From an uncultured delta proteobacterium (GTDB lineage Bacteria > Myxococcota_A > Polyangia > Fen-1088): a DNA stretch of 64,000 nucleotides. Within the stretch, counting starts at the first letter, position 1, and every line of letters begins with the position of its first letter. Of this stretch, positions 60,043 to 64,000 are shown in pieces. A program made the position numbers and the translations under genes. The DNA is taken from assembly GCA_963755125.1 (NCBI GenBank), contig CAVWIP010000014.1, positions 32,001 to 96,000 on the forward strand, written 5' to 3'. The notes beneath the pieces are model-generated. The model did no database searches, was not told where the DNA came from, and saw nothing but the letters and a program-made list of their open reading frames with translations.

Positions 60043-60813
60043 TTACTGGGTCACGTAGGGGTGGGCCGGCCAGCCTGCGGCGGTCGAGTAGGTGTTGTAC
60101 GCGTCGACCACCGCGGTGTCGTAGTCGAAGTTGTAGACCGTACAGCTTTGCGTGCTGCCGTAGGAGTTGAAATTGCCAACGGCCATCATCGTGTACTGAT
60201 CCTCGGTGCAGCCCGGGAAGTCCGCCTTCGCCTGCGCGCGGTTGCACGCGATGCCGGCGATGCCCAGCTCGATGTTGACCACGGGGTTGAAGACCGAGTT
60301 GGCCCAGTTCTCGGTGTTGGGGTTCGTCTCCATGTCCACCTGCCCGCTCGGGAGCAAGCCGAGCCCGCTCGCCGTGCACCCAGCGGGCAGGTTCGAGGAG
60401 TTGCACCAAGGCCCGGTCTGCATCGCACCGAAGCAGGCACACTCGGGCGCGGTCCAGCCACGCGCCGGGCAGCACGGCCCATTGCCGGTGCAACCGACCG
60501 CGTCGTACTGGAAGCGCGACTCGACGTAGATGATCGCCTTGAAGATCATGGCGTCGGGCTCGTCGTACTTGGCCGTGAACTCGAGGATGGGGCAGTCGTC
60601 GATGTCCACCGAGAGACCGTTCCACAAAGGGGCGAGATTCGTGCGCAGCGGATCCGGATCGCACGAGCCCGAATCGGTGGAAACTGCGCCATCGGCGGCG
60701 GTGCGGTCAGTGTCCCCCTTGCACCCGCTCCAGACGAGCAGGCTCGCCCCGAGCGCTGCAGCCAGCATCGTGTAACCGAGCGTCGAAAGCGCGCGCGTGC
60801 CTCTGGAGAGCAT
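60043..60813 (-). CDS. Lysozyme-fold (SLT/GH23-like) lipoprotein
   Basis: KAIIYVESRF, FGAMQ, FNPVVNIELG, FNSYG. Confidence 0.75.
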   Translation of the reverse strand: MLSRGTRALSTLGYTMLAAALGASLLVWSGCKGDTDRTAADGAVSTDSGSCDPDPLRTNLAPLWNGLSVDIDDCPILEFTAKYDEPDAMIFKAIIYVESRFQYDAVGCTGNGPCCPARGWTAPECACFGAMQTGPWCNSSNLPAGCTASGLGLLPSGQVDMETNPNTENWANSVFNPVVNIELGIAGIACNRAQAKADFPGCTEDQYTMMAVGNFNSYGSTQSCTVYNFDYDTAVVDAYNTYSTAAGWPAHPYVTQ

Positions 60814-61329
60814 GGGCCTAGGATAGCCCGTTGCCACGACGAGCAGCTACCGACCTGCGCGTGCTCGGCCTGCGCTCTCCAGAGAGACGTGCAAGAAAAT
60901 AATGGGGTAGCATTATTGGGCTCACTCGTGATCTCCAGCGATAACCTCAATATTCCCAAGTACTTGCGAGGCGGAGAAAGTTGACACTGGGGTCGCTGAC
61001 GGTTCGTCTAGCCGATCTAATGGGGAGCCACTCGATCGCCCCCACCAACTTCGGTGGGCTGGCGATTTAACTGCGGCTCTGCAGCGCCCCATCGAGCCAT
61101 CGCGCCTTTTTGGCCTGTATTCGCGGGCAGTTGCGTGAGTCGGCTGGGCCGGTACCCACGGTGGTGGCTTTCGCAGAGATCACCATCTTGGGCGCCAGAG
61201 TGGCTGATCCAGGCTCCGGGCGCTCTCTGCGGGGTCCACCGGGGAGAGAGCAGCAGAGAGCGTTTAATAGCCAGAGAGCGCGTTTAATAGGTCAGGCCGC
61301 TTTTGGGCCGGTTTTGGGCCGCCTTTCCG

Positions 61330-61434
61330 TTAAATCGGGGTTGACTCCGTGGTGCTACCCCATTCCACCTACTGCCGACCGGCTGGTTAATGGTTAATAG
61401 CCACCAGAGACTGGGCGCGCCCGGTGGAGATTCA
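61330..61434. repeat. 105-bp direct repeat, copy 2
   Basis: Matches 52365-52469. Confidence 0.93.
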
Positions 61435-61451
61435 CAGCCTCGCTCGGGTCG

Positions 61452-62564
61452 TCACTGCTTCAGGGTTTCAGCGAAGAACTCGACCGCCATTCCTGCGACC
61501 CGCTCGTGGATCGCCGCTCGGTCAACGCCGGGCGGATCGACCGCGAGGTGCGGCAGCTCTTTCTTCGCCTTCGGCGTAGGAAGATCAAGGAACACGTAGT
61601 GGCCGACGCTGCCGGGAAGGATGTCCAGGCGTGCGCCCTTGATGCTGTCGGCGAAGTACGACGCGTTCCCCTCGGCGGGCGCGGCTTGGTCGCCGTGCCC
61701 CACCACGATCCGCACTGGGATCGCAATGGACGCCAGACTGGCCGGAGCAAACGAGTGGCCGAGCGCAGGAGCGATAGCAAAGATCGCGCGGACCCGCTCG
61801 TCGCGATACGAATCGCCGGCCCGCTGGAGCGAGGCGCGAAACTGCGCATCGGTACGCGCCTTGGCCTTCACCTGCTCGTTTAGGTTGGGGAACTCTGACG
61901 GTGGCGCGCACGCCTCCTTGTGATCCGCGCAGTAACGCAGGAACTCGGTCATGTCGGTGCGCCCGCCGGCGATCTCCATCATGGTAAATCCGCCCAGGGA
62001 GAACCCCGCCGCCCCGATGCGCCTAGCATCGACGATCTTGCTCATCGTCTTGTCCGCCAGCATGCCGTCGATCACGGCACGGAGATCGCGGGCTCGTTCC
62101 CAACGGAGGATGAACCCCTCCAGCGTGCTCACGTCCTCGACGCTGTTGCCTGGATGGTTCACGGCCGCCGTGACGAAACCTCGGCGAGCCAACGCTACGC
62201 CGAGCCAAGCGAGCTGAATCGCCGCACCGCCCGTTCCATGTGACATGACGACGAGCGGGAAACCGCGATCAGCTGCGGCCGGCGCCGCATCGACCGCGAC
62301 TCGACCGGCATCCCACATCGGCGCGGCAGGAGGTACGGCCATGGCGACCTCGTTCGCGCCAGCTGCGGCCGGGTACCAAATGGTGACGCGCAGCGTGTGC
62401 TCCTTGGATCCGCGCCAGTGAAAGTCGCCGGACGGCGTGAACTTTCGAAGCGTCATCCCGACCTTGTACGCGGCTCCGCCTGTGCCTTGCGCCGTCGCGG
62501 TGCCAGAGGCGGACAGGACAGTGAATACACCAGCAACGGCGCAGCCTGTCTTCGCTGTTGGCAT
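61452..62564 (-). CDS. Secreted alpha/beta hydrolase (PAF-AH/dienelactone hydrolase-like)
   Basis: IWYP, PLVVMSHGTGG, GFSLGG, GHYVFL. Confidence 0.88.
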   Translation of the reverse strand: MPTAKTGCAVAGVFTVLSASGTATAQGTGGAAYKVGMTLRKFTPSGDFHWRGSKEHTLRVTIWYPAAAGANEVAMAVPPAAPMWDAGRVAVDAAPAAADRGFPLVVMSHGTGGAAIQLAWLGVALARRGFVTAAVNHPGNSVEDVSTLEGFILRWERARDLRAVIDGMLADKTMSKIVDARRIGAAGFSLGGFTMMEIAGGRTDMTEFLRYCADHKEACAPPSEFPNLNEQVKAKARTDAQFRASLQRAGDSYRDERVRAIFAIAPALGHSFAPASLASIAIPVRIVVGHGDQAAPAEGNASYFADSIKGARLDILPGSVGHYVFLDLPTPKAKKELPHLAVDPPGVDRAAIHERVAGMAVEFFAETLKQ

Positions 62565-62754
62565 GGGTTTTCCCTATATGCTCATCTTCGTAACCGCGCG
62601 CAAGCATTCCAGTGATGCCTTTCTTGACTGCCCGGTTCGAGGCTGCAGCCCCTTCCTTGCCTGAGAGTCCAACCACGCCCTGCGACTTTCTGGAGTGGTG
62701 CACCGGATGGGGGTGTATAATCGCGCCCGGTCATTCCAGCAGCCACGAGGATCG

Positions 62755-63141
62755 ATGCCCCGCAACGATCGGATAGTTCGTGTGGAAACGGTGAAGCGCG
62801 CCCTGCTGTCGTCACGGCAAGGCGTATTGCTCAAGGTTCTGGCCGATCGTCACGAATGGAAGCTGCGCAACCTGTACCGCGACATCGATGCGCTGGACGC
62901 CGCCGGGTACATCATCAGGCACGAGAACAACCGCTATTGGATCGAGGGCAGCCCTGAGCGCGCCGCCAGCGCCCCGGACGCCGACGAGCGCCTGGCCCTG
63001 TACTTGGCCCGGCAGAACGCGCGCGCCTGGAAAGAGACCTCGCTCGGCAAGGCCCTGGATCGTCTGTGGCATCGCGTGAGCGCAGACGCCGCTGCGCACC
63101 ATGAAGAGCTTGCGATTTTCTTTTCTGCGCGTACCCCGTAA
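62755..63141 (+). pseudogene. Truncated YafY/WYL-type regulator (wHTH only)
   Basis: LADRHEWKLRNLYRDIDALDAAGY..ERLALYLA; no WYL domain before stop. Confidence 0.68.
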
Positions 63142-63190
63142 GGTACAATACTAACTGTTCCGACGTAGCTGTTCGCCCGCCATAGCGCCA

Positions 63191-63275
63191 GTTCCTCGAA
63201 ACGGCAAACCCTGGGCGACCGGGGGACGCAAAGCCACGGGACTCTCCGAGTTAGCCGGGCTACCAAAAGGAGAAC
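63191..63275 (+). ncRNA. c-di-GMP-I (GEMM) riboswitch
   Basis: GGCAAACC-P2(CCCTGG GCGA CCGGGG)-GACGCAAAGCCACGG-hairpin(ACTC/GAGT)-TAGCCGGGCTACC; directly upstream of an ATG. Confidence 0.92.
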
Positions 63276-63277
63276 AC

Positions 63278-64000
63278 ATGAAACGAGCGATCGGTTTGGG
63301 ATTTGACTTCGGCGTTCGGGGCGGGTTGGGTTCCTTCACCATCTGTGCATCCCTGGCAGTAATGGGTTGCAGAGGCTCGTCACCGGAAGGAGCCGGCTAT
63401 TTGCCCGAGACCAGCCTCACCCCAGCGGGGTTGCCGATGGATCACATCATGCCGTCGGCCCGCGCGAAGATGATGCCGTCGAATTCGACCAAAATCGTCG
63501 CACCAATGTCCGGCCCCGCTGGTGCTGTGCTGATAAACAACGGAGCGAGCTTGACCTCGTCGACCCAGGTCGCGGTTGGCGTGGCACCGCAAACTGGCAC
63601 CGCAACGCAGGTCTGCCTGAGCGACACCGGCACGTGCAGTAACTGGCTGCCCTATTCCCCCAGCAAAGACTGGACACTTCCGCCAGGTGACGGTCCAAAG
63701 CGTGTCTATGTCTGGTGGAAGGATGGCGCTGGACAGTCAAGGCCCACTCCAGCAATAGCAAGAATACGCCTTGACACCACACCCCCCGTCGGCGGACGCA
63801 TCACCCCTGTTCAAAGGGGCCAGACTGTCACATGGAACTGGTCTGGTTTTGTCGATGTTGGCTCTGGCATAGCTAGCTACACGCTGGTGACGGCGCAGTC
63901 CAACACCCTGTCGGACTGCAATTTCGGCACCAAGGTCTACACGGGAACGAATAGGTCTTTCACACAAAGCGGCTTGGCTCCGGGAATCTATTACGCTCTC
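63278..64000 (+). CDS. Secreted/surface protein with Ig/Fn3-like domains (runs off the window)
   Basis: AGGAG RBS; manual translation open to the end: INNGASLT, WTLPPGDGPKRVYVWWKDGAG, LDTTPP, WSGFVDVGSGIASY, VYTGT. Confidence 0.85.
   Translation, partial: MKRAIGLGFDFGVRGGLGSFTICASLAVMGCRGSSPEGAGYLPETSLTPAGLPMDHIMPSARAKMMPSNSTKIVAPMSGPAGAVLINNGASLTSSTQVAVGVAPQTGTATQVCLSDTGTCSNWLPYSPSKDWTLPPGDGPKRVYVWWKDGAGQSRPTPAIARIRLDTTPPVGGRITPVQRGQTVTWNWSGFVDVGSGIASYTLVTAQSNTLSDCNFGTKVYTGTNRSFTQSGLAPGIYYAL

Noticed and set aside
61330..61378. Minus strand of the 105-bp repeat resembles a tRNA 5' half (GGTG-GAATGGGGTAG-CACC D-arm-like)
   Set aside because: No proper anticodon stem, T-arm or acceptor partner
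52421..61402. GTTAAT motifs as integron attC/attI cores
   Set aside because: Do not fit GTTRRRY, no attC hairpins, no integron integrase

Overview
GC-rich bacterial chromosome segment, most likely Myxococcota (Polyangia-like), judged from a TIGR02266/PEGA protein and many secreted lipoproteins with Gly/Ser/Thr linkers. 1-5.3 kb: SDR, ggt, TIGR02266 protein, amidohydrolase, tRNA-Asn. 5.3-9.3 kb: decayed tRNA-integrated element (HTH/excisionase, Rep-like gene with internal tandem repeats, primase Zn-finger) cut by an IS481/IS3-like DDE element. 9-29 kb: mixed housekeeping (hemG/hemY, topB, mgtC, tsaE, hybrid kinase, ComEC-like). 29-37.5 kb: GH27 plus a lactonase/dehydrogenase/FucP/GH95 L-sugar operon. 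37.5-64 kb: HelD-like helicase and an accessory region of secreted proteins, a second IS, several gene stumps, a 105-bp dispersed direct repeat, and a c-di-GMP-I (GEMM) riboswitch before an Fn3-type surface protein. Most notable: palindromic REP-like units that appear both intergenically and in frame inside topB and a GH15 gene, the riboswitch whose P1 overlaps the RBS, the satellite-like remnant, and the 105-bp TTAATAG-rich repeat. No CRISPR array, RT or complete defence system was seen. All family assignments are from motif recognition by eye, not database searches.
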